Shown in pieces: positions 16,819-26,807 of a stretch of DNA of 59,294 bases (the first letter of the stretch is position 1; every line of letters starts with the position of its first letter). Source of the DNA: Eubacteriales bacterium. Lineage in GTDB: Bacteria > Bacillota > Clostridia > Oscillospirales > CAG-272. The notes beneath the pieces were generated by a model. It did not search any database. It saw only the letters and a list, made by a program, of their open reading frames with translations, and was not told where the DNA came from. The position numbers and the translations under genes are program-made. Location: positions 1 to 59,294 of the forward strand of contig JAZNHE010000109.1 of the NCBI GenBank assembly GCA_045576795.1, in the 5' to 3' direction.

Positions 16819-16899
16819 CTTATCAAGAGCGGTGGAGGGACTGGCCCTATGAAGCCCGGCAACCTGTATAATACAAGGTGCTAATTCCTGACAGATGAG
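16819..16899 (+). ncRNA. SAM-I (S-box) riboswitch aptamer
   Basis: CTTATCAAGAGCGGTGGAGGGACTGGCCCTATGAAGCCCGGCAACC...GGTGCTAATTCC...GATGAG matches the SAM-I consensus and lies upstream of metK. Confidence 0.95.
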
Positions 16900-16913
16900 T
16901 TTGTATCTGATGT

Positions 16914-16945
16914 CGGGGGTTGCATACTGCAATTTCCGTTTTTTT
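16914..16945 (+). terminator. Riboswitch expression-platform terminator
   Basis: CGGGGGTTGCA-TAC-TGCAATTTCCG followed by T7. Confidence 0.8.
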
Positions 16946-16969
16946 ATTGATAAGCCAGGAGGTTTTATA

Positions 16970-18154
16970 ATGAAAAAAGTACTTTTTACGTCTGAGTCTG
17001 TTACAGAGGGACATCCCGACAAAATATGTGACAAGATATCAGACGCGATTCTCGACGAGATTTTGTCGCAGGATCCTATGAGCCGCGTAGCTTGTGAAAC
17101 GTTTGCTACAACGGGTATAATCACCGTTATGGGTGAGATTACCACTAATGCAAAGTACGACGTACAGAAGATAGTAAGAGATACTGTTACCGAGATTGGA
17201 TACGATAGAGCTAAATACGGATTCGATGCATCAACTTGCGCAGTTTTGACATCTATTCATGAGCAGAGTGCTGATATCGCTCTCGGCGTTGACAAGTGCC
17301 TCGAAGCTAAAGAGGGCACTGCAACCGATGATCTCAACACAGGTGCAGGAGATCAGGGACTTATGTTTGGATATGCTTGTGACGAGACAGAGGAGCTTAT
17401 GCCACTTCCTATTTCACTTGCTCATAAGCTTGCAAAGAAGCTCACTGAGGTTAGAAAGAGCGGTAAGCTTAATTATCTTCGTCCTGATGGAAAAACACAG
17501 GTTACCGTTGAATATGTTGACGGTGTTCCCACGCGTATTGATACAATCGTTATTTCATCTCAGCATAGCCCCGAGATAGATGCCGCAACAATTCGTAAGG
17601 ATATTATCGAGAGCGTAATTCTTCCCATCGTTCCGACGTCACTCATGGACGGAAAGGTGAATATTTACGTCAATCCTACCGGTAGATTTGTTATTGGCGG
17701 CCCACAGGGTGATACAGGATTGACCGGCAGAAAGATCATTGTTGATACATACGGCGGTTATTCAAGACACGGAGGCGGTGCATTCTCCGGTAAGGATCCT
17801 ACCAAGGTTGATAGAAGTGCATCATATGCCGCAAGATACGTTGCGAAGAATGTTGTTAAAGCAGGCCTTGCCAAAAAGTGTGAGGTGCAGATTGCTTATG
17901 CTATAGGAATTGCACAGCCTGTATCTGTTATGATAGATACCTTTGGCACAGCGATTTGTGATGAAAGTAAGATTTCTGATGCAGTAAGACAGCTTGTTGA
18001 TCTCCGTCCTGCTGCAATAATCAATAAATTTGATTTGAGAAAGCCAATATACAAGCAGCTTGCCGCATACGGACATATGGGCAGAGAAGAGCTTGGAGTA
18101 AAATGGGAGGAGTGCGATATCGCGGACGAGCTTAAAAAGCTTTGTCTTGGCTGA
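16970..18154 (+). CDS. metK: S-adenosylmethionine synthetase
   Basis: [33 protein letters not shown]; GGAGG RBS before ATG 16970. Confidence 0.98.
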   Translation: MKKVLFTSESVTEGHPDKICDKISDAILDEILSQDPMSRVACETFATTGIITVMGEITTNAKYDVQKIVRDTVTEIGYDRAKYGFDASTCAVLTSIHEQSADIALGVDKCLEAKEGTATDDLNTGAGDQGLMFGYACDETEELMPLPISLAHKLAKKLTEVRKSGKLNYLRPDGKTQVTVEYVDGVPTRIDTIVISSQHSPEIDAATIRKDIIESVILPIVPTSLMDGKVNIYVNPTGRFVIGGPQGDTGLTGRKIIVDTYGGYSRHGGGAFSGKDPTKVDRSASYAARYVAKNVVKAGLAKKCEVQIAYAIGIAQPVSVMIDTFGTAICDESKISDAVRQLVDLRPAAIINKFDLRKPIYKQLAAYGHMGREELGVKWEECDIADELKKLCLG

Positions 18155-18174
18155 TATAGTATTCTGAATAATAT

Positions 18175-18226
18175 AAAGCGCCCGGAGTAAACGATTAGCT
18201 TCGCTACCTCGGGTGCTTTGTCTTTT
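18175..18226 (+). terminator. Probable metK terminator
   Basis: AAAGCGCCCG...CGGGTGCTTT stem with a T-rich tail. Confidence 0.6.
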
Positions 18227-18279
18227 CAGGCGTTGTTTTTAATAAAAGAACAACATCTTCTTTTTTATTTTCTAACTAC

Positions 18280-18308
18280 TTGAAAAATCTATATGCGCGT
18301 GTTATAAT
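18280..18308 (+). promoter_or_regulatory. Sigma-A promoter of recD2
   Basis: TTGAAA-17-TATAAT with extended TG. Confidence 0.7.
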
Positions 18309-18340
18309 ATATAGTGCGTAAAAAGAAAAAGGAGGTATCC

Positions 18341-20548
18341 ATGGAGGAGCTAAAGCTTTTGGAAACTGTTAGCGGCGTGGTGGAAAACATTGTCTATCAC
18401 AACGAAAATAACGATTACACAGTTTTTGAATTGATAGATAAAGCGGATTGTTTGATTACTGCCGTGGGTATCATTCCTTCATTGGCAGAAGGCGAGTGTG
18501 TCGAACTTCAAGGACAGTGGGTATTTCATAAGGATTTCGGCAAGCAGTTTTCGTTTGTCAGCTATGATAAGACCTTGCCAAAGGAGATAGACGGCATTAT
18601 ACAGTATCTGTCGAGCAGAACTATAAAAGGTATAGGCCCTATAACTGCAACAAAAATAGTTGATGCCTTTGGACTCGATACGTTTGACGTTATAGAGAAC
18701 CATCCGGAGTGGTTAGCTGATATTCCGGGAATAACTTATAAGAAGGCCGCAACCATCTCCGAGTCCTTTAAGGCACAGACAGAGCTGCGCGGAGTTATGA
18801 TGTTTTTCAAGGATTACATCGGCTCATCAGAGATTACCAAGGTGTACAAAAAGCTCGGAGCATCCGCGACGGGAATAGTACGAGATAATCCGTATATGCT
18901 TTGTGACGGGGAATTTGGAATTCCATTCGAAAAGGTTGATGCCATGGCGGCGTCATTCGGCTTCAAATCTGATTCGGAGCTTAGAATTTTTGGAGGAATA
19001 AAGTATATACTCAAATATAATTCCGATGTCAACGGACACACCTGTCTACCTAAAGAAAAGCTTGTGGCTGCCACGGCAAGCTTGCTCGACGTTTCCGAGA
19101 CAACGGTATTTGATAGCCTCGACTTATTTATCAAGCGCGAGGAGCTGTGCGAGTATTTGACCGATGATAATGTCTATGTGATGACAGATGACGTTTCAGA
19201 GGCTGAAAAATGTATAGTAAAGCGCTTGAATTCACTTAAAAACGAAATGATATACATTGGTGCATCAGATATAGCCACACTGATTGAAAAAGTGGAAACA
19301 AAGCTTGGAATTACGTATGCATCACTTCAGCGCGAAGCTATATTCAGATGTCTTAACGGAGGGGTAACCATTATAACGGGAGGTCCCGGAACGGGAAAAA
19401 CCACAGTTGTAAAGGGAATTATATCAATATTTAACGAGCTTGGACTGAAAACTGTATTGGCTGCACCAACCGGCAGAGCGGCAAAGAGAATGAGTGAGGC
19501 GACAAGCCAAGAGGCAAAGACGGTGCATCGACTTCTCGAAATGGAGAGAGGTGCGACCGACGATGTCAGGTTTAACAGAAATGCAAGATATCCTCTTGAT
19601 GAGAGGGTGGTCATTATAGATGAGGCATCTATGATGGATCTCTCCCTTATGCATGCGCTTGTGCGCGCACTCGCGAGAGGGACAAGGCTGATACTTATCG
19701 GTGATGCTGATCAGCTCCCAAGCGTCGGCGCAGGAAATATACTTTCGGATCTTATTGATTCCGGTGCGGTTGCTACTGTAAGGCTCACGGAGATATTCCG
19801 TCAGTCTGAGGAGAGCCTCATAGTCACAAATGCGCATAATATAAACAGAGGCGAGCCACCTGTTCTTTCATCAACAAGTGGAGATTTCTTCTTCGTGAGG
19901 CGTGAAAGTGAATCCGAAATAGCAAATACGGTTGCGGAGCTTATTACTCAAAGGTTGCCGCGAGCTTACGGAGATTCCATAAGAGATGAGATACAGGTTA
20001 TTACACCGTCGAAAAAAGGTGCCGGAGGCGTTGAAATACTTAATAGAGAGCTTCAGGCGCGCATAAATCCGGCAAAGCAGCTTAAGAAAGAAAAAAGCGC
20101 ACATGGAGTTGTCTTCCGGGAGGGAGACAGAGTAATGCAGGTTGTTAATAACTATGAGCTTGAATGGGAAAGAAACGGTATATCAGGCTTTGGTATATTC
20201 AACGGAGATATTGGCATAATTGATAGCATAGACTTAAAGGCAGAGATCTTGAATATCTGGTTTGACGACAGACTTGTCAGATATCCGTTTTCAGGCTTGG
20301 ATGAGCTTGAGCTTTCTTATGCTATAACAGTACATAAGAGCCAAGGCAGTGAATATTCGGTGGTTATTCTTCCGATGTATTACTGTCCTCCGATGCTAAT
20401 GACGAGAAATCTATTTTACACAGCAGTAACCAGAGCTCGAAGAATGGTTATTTTGGTTGGAAAAAGCGATATTCCATATCGGATGGTGCGCAACAACAGA
20501 GAGGTGCTGAGATATACAACTTTATCCATGCGCCTGAAAGAAAAATAA
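18341..20548 (+). CDS. recD2: ATP-dependent RecD2 (RecD-like SF1B) DNA helicase
   Basis: N-terminal OB and HhH (IKGIGP), TGGPGTGKT, APTGRAAKR, DEASM, GDADQLPSVG, YAITVHKSQGSE, YTAVTRA; GGAGG RBS. Confidence 0.95.
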   Translation: MEELKLLETVSGVVENIVYHNENNDYTVFELIDKADCLITAVGIIPSLAEGECVELQGQWVFHKDFGKQFSFVSYDKTLPKEIDGIIQYLSSRTIKGIGPITATKIVDAFGLDTFDVIENHPEWLADIPGITYKKAATISESFKAQTELRGVMMFFKDYIGSSEITKVYKKLGASATGIVRDNPYMLCDGEFGIPFEKVDAMAASFGFKSDSELRIFGGIKYILKYNSDVNGHTCLPKEKLVAATASLLDVSETTVFDSLDLFIKREELCEYLTDDNVYVMTDDVSEAEKCIVKRLNSLKNEMIYIGASDIATLIEKVETKLGITYASLQREAIFRCLNGGVTIITGGPGTGKTTVVKGIISIFNELGLKTVLAAPTGRAAKRMSEATSQEAKTVHRLLEMERGATDDVRFNRNARYPLDERVVIIDEASMMDLSLMHALVRALARGTRLILIGDADQLPSVGAGNILSDLIDSGAVATVRLTEIFRQSEESLIVTNAHNINRGEPPVLSSTSGDFFFVRRESESEIANTVAELITQRLPRAYGDSIRDEIQVITPSKKGAGGVEILNRELQARINPAKQLKKEKSAHGVVFREGDRVMQVVNNYELEWERNGISGFGIFNGDIGIIDSIDLKAEILNIWFDDRLVRYPFSGLDELELSYAITVHKSQGSEYSVVILPMYYCPPMLMTRNLFYTAVTRARRMVILVGKSDIPYRMVRNNREVLRYTTLSMRLKEK

Positions 20549-20575
20549 AATTCTTATAATATTTTAATATTTCAC

Positions 20576-20622
20576 TTGAAATTCACAAATAAATGTGTTA
20601 CAATTTATGTGTTATTGTGTTA
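20576..20622 (+). promoter_or_regulatory. Promoter of the mreB-like gene, with three overlapping or downstream TGTGTTA repeats
   Basis: TTGAAA-17-TACAAT; TGTGTTA at 20594, 20608 and 20616. Confidence 0.55.
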
Positions 20623-20705
20623 TTATATCGAAAAACTGCCTATAACAGCCCAATAAGGTGCAGATATGACATTTTTACTGATAAATTCAACGAAAGGAGT
20701 ACGGC

Positions 20706-21749
20706 ATGGTAACTAAGATTGGTCTTGACCTTGGATATGCGAATATTACACTTAGTGACGTTATGGCTGAAATATACAGAGAACCTTCTGTTGCTTTGAT
20801 ATATAAGAATCCTCGTCCCGATTCACGCCGTATTATTTCTGTTGGAAGTGAAGCGGTTAATTCTGACGGAGAAGCGATAGGCGGAGCTGACGGTATTTTG
20901 ATAAGACCGTTCAAGAACGGTATGCTTTTCGATCAGCAGCTCTCACAGGAGATAATTGATAATGCAATTAAGGCGGTAAAGCCGGCTGAAAAGATTAGAT
21001 GTATAGTTGGTATTCCGTCCGACTTTTTACCTAAGCAGGAGAGAGAGCTTTTCTCTATGCTCAGGGCGTCGGGAGTTGATAGCTCTTACGCGGTTGTGAG
21101 ATCAATCGCTGCTCTTATCGGAGCAGGATATTCTCCCACAATGAGTGCCATATCCGTTAACGTAGGTGCGCTGAGCACGGAGATTGCCGTTACACACAAG
21201 GGCGAGATAATTCATATGTCAAGATCTATGATCGGCGGTGAGGATTTTGACCAGGTTGTAAGGCAGTACATATTGGAGCAGGGCGATGTCAACGTATCCT
21301 TACAGGTGGCACGCGCTATTAAGGAAAAGCTCGGTGCTGTGTGGAAAGGTAGACCTAACGACAGCGTTGATATTGAGGGCACACTCTCTCTTACAGGCAA
21401 CAGGCTTAAAATGAGTGTTTCCACAGAAGATATAGTCGGGGTGTTTGAAGCACCTCTCAAGGAGCTTATAAGCGTTATTATCGAGGCGGTAAAGAAGATA
21501 CCTACAGATATGTATGCTGATATAATTGAAAACGGTATTATCCTCACAGGAGGCGGAGCAGAGCTGTTCGGTATGGATCAGCTTCTCTCTAAGGTTCTCG
21601 GTATTCCCGTTACCAAGCCGACAGATGCTATTGACTGCGTTGCAAAGGGACTTTCGAGAATAAACGGATTTTTACCTCTTAAGATGCGTTTTGATGATAA
21701 GAATATAACCGATCAGATTTCTAAGCTCTATGAAAGCAGTAAAAAATAA
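20706..21749 (+). CDS. Divergent MreB/Mbl-family actin-like protein
   Basis: IGLDLG..N, EPSVA, RPFKNG, AALIGAG, IGGEDFD, A..IK, GIILTGGGA, CVAKG; several catalytic positions are altered. Confidence 0.85.
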   Translation: MVTKIGLDLGYANITLSDVMAEIYREPSVALIYKNPRPDSRRIISVGSEAVNSDGEAIGGADGILIRPFKNGMLFDQQLSQEIIDNAIKAVKPAEKIRCIVGIPSDFLPKQERELFSMLRASGVDSSYAVVRSIAALIGAGYSPTMSAISVNVGALSTEIAVTHKGEIIHMSRSMIGGEDFDQVVRQYILEQGDVNVSLQVARAIKEKLGAVWKGRPNDSVDIEGTLSLTGNRLKMSVSTEDIVGVFEAPLKELISVIIEAVKKIPTDMYADIIENGIILTGGGAELFGMDQLLSKVLGIPVTKPTDAIDCVAKGLSRINGFLPLKMRFDDKNITDQISKLYESSKK

Positions 21750-21766
21750 GTTGTGAGGAAAGTATA

Positions 21767-21865
21767 ATGAAAAAGACGAAAATGAGTGCAAGAATTTTGG
21801 CGGGCGTCATAGTAGCAATTATGTTCTTTGGCGTTCTTGCAGGCTTACTTGTATACTTACTTTAA
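21767..21865 (+). CDS. Small single-pass membrane peptide, 32 aa (MKKTKMSARILAGVIVAIMFFGVLAGLLVYLL)
   Basis: GAGG RBS 17 bp after the mreB-like stop; basic N-terminus plus a hydrophobic helix; immediately followed by a terminator. It is below the ORF-track cutoff. Confidence 0.7.
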   Translation: MKKTKMSARILAGVIVAIMFFGVLAGLLVYLL

Positions 21866-21870
21866 TTGAT

Positions 21871-21902
21871 AAGGCGAGGGCAGAGCAGCCCTCGCTTTTT
21901 TT
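21871..21902 (+). terminator. Terminator of the mreB-like/small-peptide operon
   Basis: GCGAGGGC-AGAGCA-GCCCTCGC followed by T7. Confidence 0.9.
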
Positions 21903-22201
21903 GTATTTTGGAATCAGATTTGCGGCACCACAAAAAAACGGTGCCGTTTTTTTGCTCAGTGTTTTTTATGATATCTGTCTGAAACAGATTGATGGTTTGC
22001 TCCGTGTTTTTTTTGCGGTTATGAGGTGGAGGTTATACTGCTTTTTTGAAAGAGCAGGGGATTTTGAAAAAAATGAAATTAGCATTATTTTTGCGGAGAA
22101 TTATAAATGCATTTTTACCTCATTGTTTTTTTGTATTATTTTTTGGAATACAATTTTGGCTGAAAAACAAAAATACACTTTTCCGATAACCTCCAAATTA
22201 A

Positions 22202-22818
22202 TGTTGATACGTGTGGAAAAAAGGTGGAAAAGTGTTTTGTGCCGAGTGGATTTTGTGGAAAACTTTCAATACAAAAACTACACAATTCCGTTATTTTGGG
22301 GTAAAAAAGCATAAAAATGGCAAAATATCTCGAAAAACGCCTTTAAAACCCACAACGGAAAAATGTATTTTTACTTTTTTGTCAACATTGATGTTGAAAC
22401 CGAAAAAAGTGAGATTTCGGAATTGTGTATTTGATATTCGGGAAAAGTATATTTCTTCTAAGCTTGTTGAAAACTATCTGCACCGGCTTTATGCTTTAAT
22501 TAATATTTACACAATTTTGATTTTGGATTTTATTGATTTTTATTCATTTATTATTGTAAGACCGGAATTACCTTTTACATTTGTAGGGAATATTTTCGTC
22601 TGATTCATATCAGATATTTTTCGCGTTTTCTTTGCTCTTTGCCTATTTACTTTATCACGAACTTAATTAGTATTTTTACCTGCTTTGTGCAGGAAATAAT
22701 GCCTTATTTTCTATGCGAGAAAACGCTTGTTTCATGCATAAATACCATGTCTTTGAGAAATGCAAAAAACGCGCTTATTCGTGCTATTTTTTGAGTATTA
22801 AGGATAAACTGTTGATAA
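22202..22818. promoter_or_regulatory. Cluster of DnaA-box-like 9-mers in a gene-free AT-rich region
   Basis: TGTGGAAAA (22212, 22254), TGTTGATAA (22810), TGTTGAAAA (22465), TGTTGATAC (22202), GGTGGAAAA (22223), TTGTCAACA (22379), TGTTGAAAC (22392), compared with consensus TGTGGATAA. Confidence 0.5.
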
Positions 22819-22922
22819 CTGTAGCGGCATTAAAAAAAGGCACGCAAGAAGCTTTTCTGCGCGCCTTTGATATTCCTCTAATTTGTATGTTGTATTAAGC
22901 CGATTGCAACGTTATTGGCAAT

Positions 22923-22968
22923 AATAACAAGTCCCCGAAAGCACCGGGCATCGGGGACTTGTTATTTT
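22923..22968 (-). terminator. ftsZ terminator (long perfect inverted repeat)
   Basis: 16-bp stem AATAACAAGTCCCCGA/TCGGGGACTTGTTATT. Confidence 0.75.
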
Positions 22969-23055
22969 ACTTAACGTCGGATTTTAATAGCAATTTTTGT
23001 GCTTGTATAGAGCACGTAAATTCGCGTGATTACCAACGCTTTTTCTCTGAATTAA

Positions 23056-24315
23056 TTATTTCTTGGACTTCTTGATGAAGATGAAGTCGTTATCATACTG
23101 ATCCATGAAGGAGAGCATATCATCAGCCTTCTTGAGATCGTCCTTGAGAGCGTTTGCTGCAGGAGCTGCTTCCTTCTTGGGCTCTGCCACAGGCTCAACT
23201 ACAGGTGCGGGAGCGGGTGCGGGAGCAGGAGCTGCTTCCTTCTTAGCCTCAACTACGGGCTCTGCCGCGGGAGCGGGTGCGGGAGTGAACTTCTTGGGAG
23301 CGGGTGCTGCCTGAGACTTCTTGCTCTCGCAGTTGTCCTGACCTGCATTATCGATAAAGCCGGTAGCGATGATAGTTACCTTGATCTCATCAACAAGAGT
23401 AGGATCGAATGCTGCACCCCAAATGATGGTAGCATCGGGATGAGCCTCCTCGTGAATCATCTGAGAAGCAACCTCAACCTCATCGAGCTGTATATCCTCA
23501 GAAGCGGTAATGCTTACAAGAACGCCTGTAGCACCTGCGATGCTGGTCTCGAGAAGGGGAGAGGAGATAGCCGCCATAGCTGCGAGCTGAGCCTTATCAG
23601 TGCCCTTAGCTCTACCAACACCCATGTGAGCGTATCCTGCATTCTTCATAATTGTTGTAACGTCGGCAAAGTCAAGGTTAACAAAGCCGGGAACGTTGAT
23701 AAGCTCGGAAACGGACTGAACACCGCGACGAAGAACGTCGTCAGCGGTTTCAAACGCATTAGCGAGAGTTATATTGGTATCCTCAACCTGCTTAAGTCTT
23801 TCGTTGGGGATAACTATGAGAGAGTCTACATATTTAGACAGCTCTGCGATGCCGGCTTCAGCCTGGATCATTCTCTTTGCACCCTCAAACTTGAAGGGCT
23901 TGGTAACGATGCCAACTGTGAGTATACCGAGTTCCTTTGCAGCCTTAGCAACTACGGGAGCCGCACCTGTACCGGTTCCGCCACCCATACCTGCGGTGAT
24001 GAATACCATGTGAGAGCCCTCAAGCATGCTGCGGATCTCTTCGATAGACTCCTCAGCGCTTCTCTTACCAACGTCGGGATTTGCGCCTGCGCCCTTACCT
24101 CTGGTTATCTTGTCACCTATTACGATTTTCTTTGCTGCACATGAGGTGTCGAGAACCTGGCTATCTGTGTTGATAGCAACAAACTCTACGCCTCTGATGT
24201 TAGTGGAAATCATACGGTTAACTGCATTGTTACCGCCTCCACCTACACCTATTACCTTTATGGAAACTCCACTATCGTATACCTGCTCAAAATCGAATTC
24301 CATCTTGCCGTCCAT
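23056..24315 (-). CDS. ftsZ: Cell division protein FtsZ
   Basis: [42 protein letters not shown]; Pro/Ala-rich linker. Confidence 0.98.
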   Translation of the reverse strand: MDGKMEFDFEQVYDSGVSIKVIGVGGGGNNAVNRMISTNIRGVEFVAINTDSQVLDTSCAAKKIVIGDKITRGKGAGANPDVGKRSAEESIEEIRSMLEGSHMVFITAGMGGGTGTGAAPVVAKAAKELGILTVGIVTKPFKFEGAKRMIQAEAGIAELSKYVDSLIVIPNERLKQVEDTNITLANAFETADDVLRRGVQSVSELINVPGFVNLDFADVTTIMKNAGYAHMGVGRAKGTDKAQLAAMAAISSPLLETSIAGATGVLVSITASEDIQLDEVEVASQMIHEEAHPDATIIWGAAFDPTLVDEIKVTIIATGFIDNAGQDNCESKKSQAAPAPKKFTPAPAPAAEPVVEAKKEAAPAPAPAPAPVVEPVAEPKKEAAPAANALKDDLKKADDMLSFMDQYDNDFIFIKKSKK

Positions 24316-24394
24316 TGTATAAAACCTCCGTTGTTATTCTGATATATGGTTTGCGGATTATACCGCTCTTTTATCTTAAATATTTACAAGTAAA

Positions 24395-24423
24395 ATTATA
24401 TCATTTTAAAATATATATTGCAA
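24395..24423 (-). promoter_or_regulatory. Dedicated sigma-A promoter of ftsZ
   Basis: TTGCAA-17-TATAAT with extended TG on the minus strand. Confidence 0.7.
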
Positions 24424-24523
24424 GGGTTTTTTTTATTTAGTATTAATATTTACAAATGATTTTATTTTAAATATTTATTTTGTGTCAGAATGTTAATCAA
24501 CGTAGGCATTTTGACATATTTTG

Positions 24524-25627
24524 TTACATTATGGCACTTTTTATCGCATCTATTATCTTTTTCTCAGTATCAACCTTGGCGAGCTTGGATAGATTGACAG
24601 ACATTTCTTTTCTTCTTTCCGGGTCCTCAAGTAAAGCACGCACGTGCGTTATCAGCGTATCTGTATTAAGCTCACATTCTTCGATCATGACTGCACCGCC
24701 AACCTCACATGCGAATTTTGCATTTTCATATTGGTGATTTGCAACGACGTTTGGCGAAGGGATTAATATTGAGGGGGTCTTTGCATATGCGAGCTCTGAC
24801 AGTGTCATCGCTCCGCTCCTTGTTATCGCTATATCCGCCGCCCTCATAAGTATTGGCATATTCTCAATGTACGACACTATTCGGCATCCGTTTAATCCTT
24901 TGGAAAGACGCGGATGTGCCTTTTCAATTTCGTTATAGTGACTTTGTCCGGTAGCGTGAATATGACGTATGCGGTTATCGTGGGTGGAAAACTTATACAT
25001 CATTGCGATAATAGTGTTGTTTATCACCTCTGCGCCAAGACTTCCGCCGAATGATACGATGAGAACCTCCTTATCCGATATTCCGATAGCCTTTCTTGCT
25101 GCCTCCCTCGTTACATTTTTGAAGTCCATTCTCAAAGGATTTCCAACGACCTTTACGTTATCCTTTCTCTTTAGATTTTTGCACGCACCCTCGAAATTCA
25201 AGAGGACTGACGTACATCCGGAACCAAGCATGCGTGTTACAAGGCCGGGATATGCATTGGATTCGTGAATAATTGTCGGTATACCCATTTTTTGACCTTG
25301 CCTGATTATAGGGAAGCATACGTATCCACCGGTTCCGATTATGAGGTCGGGGTTGAATTCTCGTATTATCTTTACGGAATCAGATTTTGACCTGATCAGC
25401 TTGAAGATAGCGGCAATGTTTTTCAGTGACAGTGAACGGGATAGTCCTTGAATATCTATCGTGTATAGCTTATATCCGGAATTAACGATCGTCTTGTTTT
25501 CATTTCCGTTTTGCCTACCGACAAACGCAACTTGGGTATCGCGTATGTTTTTAATAGCCATCTCACACATGGCAATTTCGGGCATTACGTGTCCGGCTGT
25601 TCCTCCGCCGCAGAAGAGTATTCTCAT
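24524..25627 (-). CDS. murG: Undecaprenyl-PP-MurNAc-pentapeptide GlcNAc transferase
   Basis: GGGTAGH, GTGGY, HESNA.PG, GNPLR, GGSLGA, RSGA.T..E, HQYENA. Confidence 0.95.
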   Translation of the reverse strand: MRILFCGGGTAGHVMPEIAMCEMAIKNIRDTQVAFVGRQNGNENKTIVNSGYKLYTIDIQGLSRSLSLKNIAAIFKLIRSKSDSVKIIREFNPDLIIGTGGYVCFPIIRQGQKMGIPTIIHESNAYPGLVTRMLGSGCTSVLLNFEGACKNLKRKDNVKVVGNPLRMDFKNVTREAARKAIGISDKEVLIVSFGGSLGAEVINNTIIAMMYKFSTHDNRIRHIHATGQSHYNEIEKAHPRLSKGLNGCRIVSYIENMPILMRAADIAITRSGAMTLSELAYAKTPSILIPSPNVVANHQYENAKFACEVGGAVMIEECELNTDTLITHVRALLEDPERRKEMSVNLSKLAKVDTEKKIIDAIKSAIM

Positions 25628-25637
25628 TCGTTATCTC

Positions 25638-26807
25638 CTATTTCTGTATAGCGCTTTTTCGCGATGCTGACAGTATTATACCCATTTCTAAAAAAATCAT
25701 TATCAGCGATGATCCGCCGTAGCTGAAAAACGGAAGTGATATTCCGGTGTTTGGTATAGTATTGGTTACAACTGCTACGTTTAAGATTAGCTGAACTGCT
25801 ATTTTTACACAAATACCTATGCAAAGGAGTCTTGAGTATCCGTCGTTGTTACACACCGCGATTTTGAAGCCTCTGTAAATGAGAATACCAAAAATAACAA
25901 TCGCAACGGAGGCGCCAATCAAACCAAGCTCTTCGCAGAGAATTGCAAATATCATATCGTTGGCAGGCTCGGAGACGTAGCAGTATTTCAGCTCGCTTTT
26001 GCCAAGTCCTTTTCCGAAAACACCTCCGGAGCCTATGGCCATAAGTCCTTGAAGCGTTTGCCAACCGCCTGTCAGCTTATAGCTTTCCGGATCGCGCCAT
26101 ACTGTTATTCTGTCCTTGGTGTAATCGGTAAACAACGCTATATAGGTAACTCCTATTACTCCGACTCCCATGAAGCCGCCGATATATCTCAAATTAACTC
26201 CTGCCATTATTATGGTCAGCAAGCCTATAACCCCGAGTATGATGATACAGGACAAATGATGCTGCAGCATAACGAGAAAAATAGGTATCGCCATGATAAT
26301 ACAGGGGATCATAGTACCGAAAATAAAAATGCTTTTTTTATCCTTGTCAAAACAGGCTCTGTGTTCGTTTTTTGAAAAATAATCAGCCAGCATCATCGTC
26401 ATGGTAAGCTTGGCAATTTCCGACGGCTGTATAGTTATAGGTCCGATTGCTATCCATCTCTGCGCACCGTTGCCGACAAAACCGATTAACAGTGTAAGCA
26501 CAAGTAATAGGAGAGTAACAACGTACGCCGGTAGAGTAAGACGCTGTAAAACTTCCAGGTCGATGTTTGATATGAGCAGCATCACGGCTATTCCAAGTAC
26601 AAGCCATATGCTTTGTCTTTTTATGAAGTGAAGCGGGTCACCGTATCTTACCTCAGCAAAGGCGTATCCTGCGCTGAATACCATTACAGTGCCATAGGCC
26701 GATAATACAAGCACCGTAAAAAGAAAAAGCTTATCAGCGCTATTTTTTTGACGGGTAACACCTATGAGATCTTTTATACACCATTTCTTATTCAGATGTA
26801 TTTTCAC
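25638..26807 (-). CDS. ftsW: SEDS-family protein FtsW/SpoVE
   Basis: NGAQRWI, QPSEIAK, AIGSGG.FGKG, DMIFA..CEELG, PNTGISLPFFSYGGSS. Start is probably the GTG overlapping the mraY stop. Confidence 0.92.
   Translation of the reverse strand: MKIHLNKKWCIKDLIGVTRQKNSADKLFLFTVLVLSAYGTVMVFSAGYAFAEVRYGDPLHFIKRQSIWLVLGIAVMLLISNIDLEVLQRLTLPAYVVTLLLLVLTLLIGFVGNGAQRWIAIGPITIQPSEIAKLTMTMMLADYFSKNEHRACFDKDKKSIFIFGTMIPCIIMAIPIFLVMLQHHLSCIIILGVIGLLTIIMAGVNLRYIGGFMGVGVIGVTYIALFTDYTKDRITVWRDPESYKLTGGWQTLQGLMAIGSGGVFGKGLGKSELKYCYVSEPANDMIFAILCEELGLIGASVAIVIFGILIYRGFKIAVCNNDGYSRLLCIGICVKIAVQLILNVAVVTNTIPNTGISLPFFSYGGSSLIMIFLEMGIILSASRKSAIQK

Noticed and set aside
21901-22898. ORFs 21901-22314, 22211-22603 and 22713-22898
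   Set aside because: F/K/I-rich products of AT-rich DNA, overlapping each other, without RBS and located after a strong terminator.
23440-24144. Long antisense ORFs (also 51926-52777, 56000-56599, 57434-58219 and others)
   Set aside because: Shadow frames of well-supported genes on the opposite strand, with no motifs or RBS.
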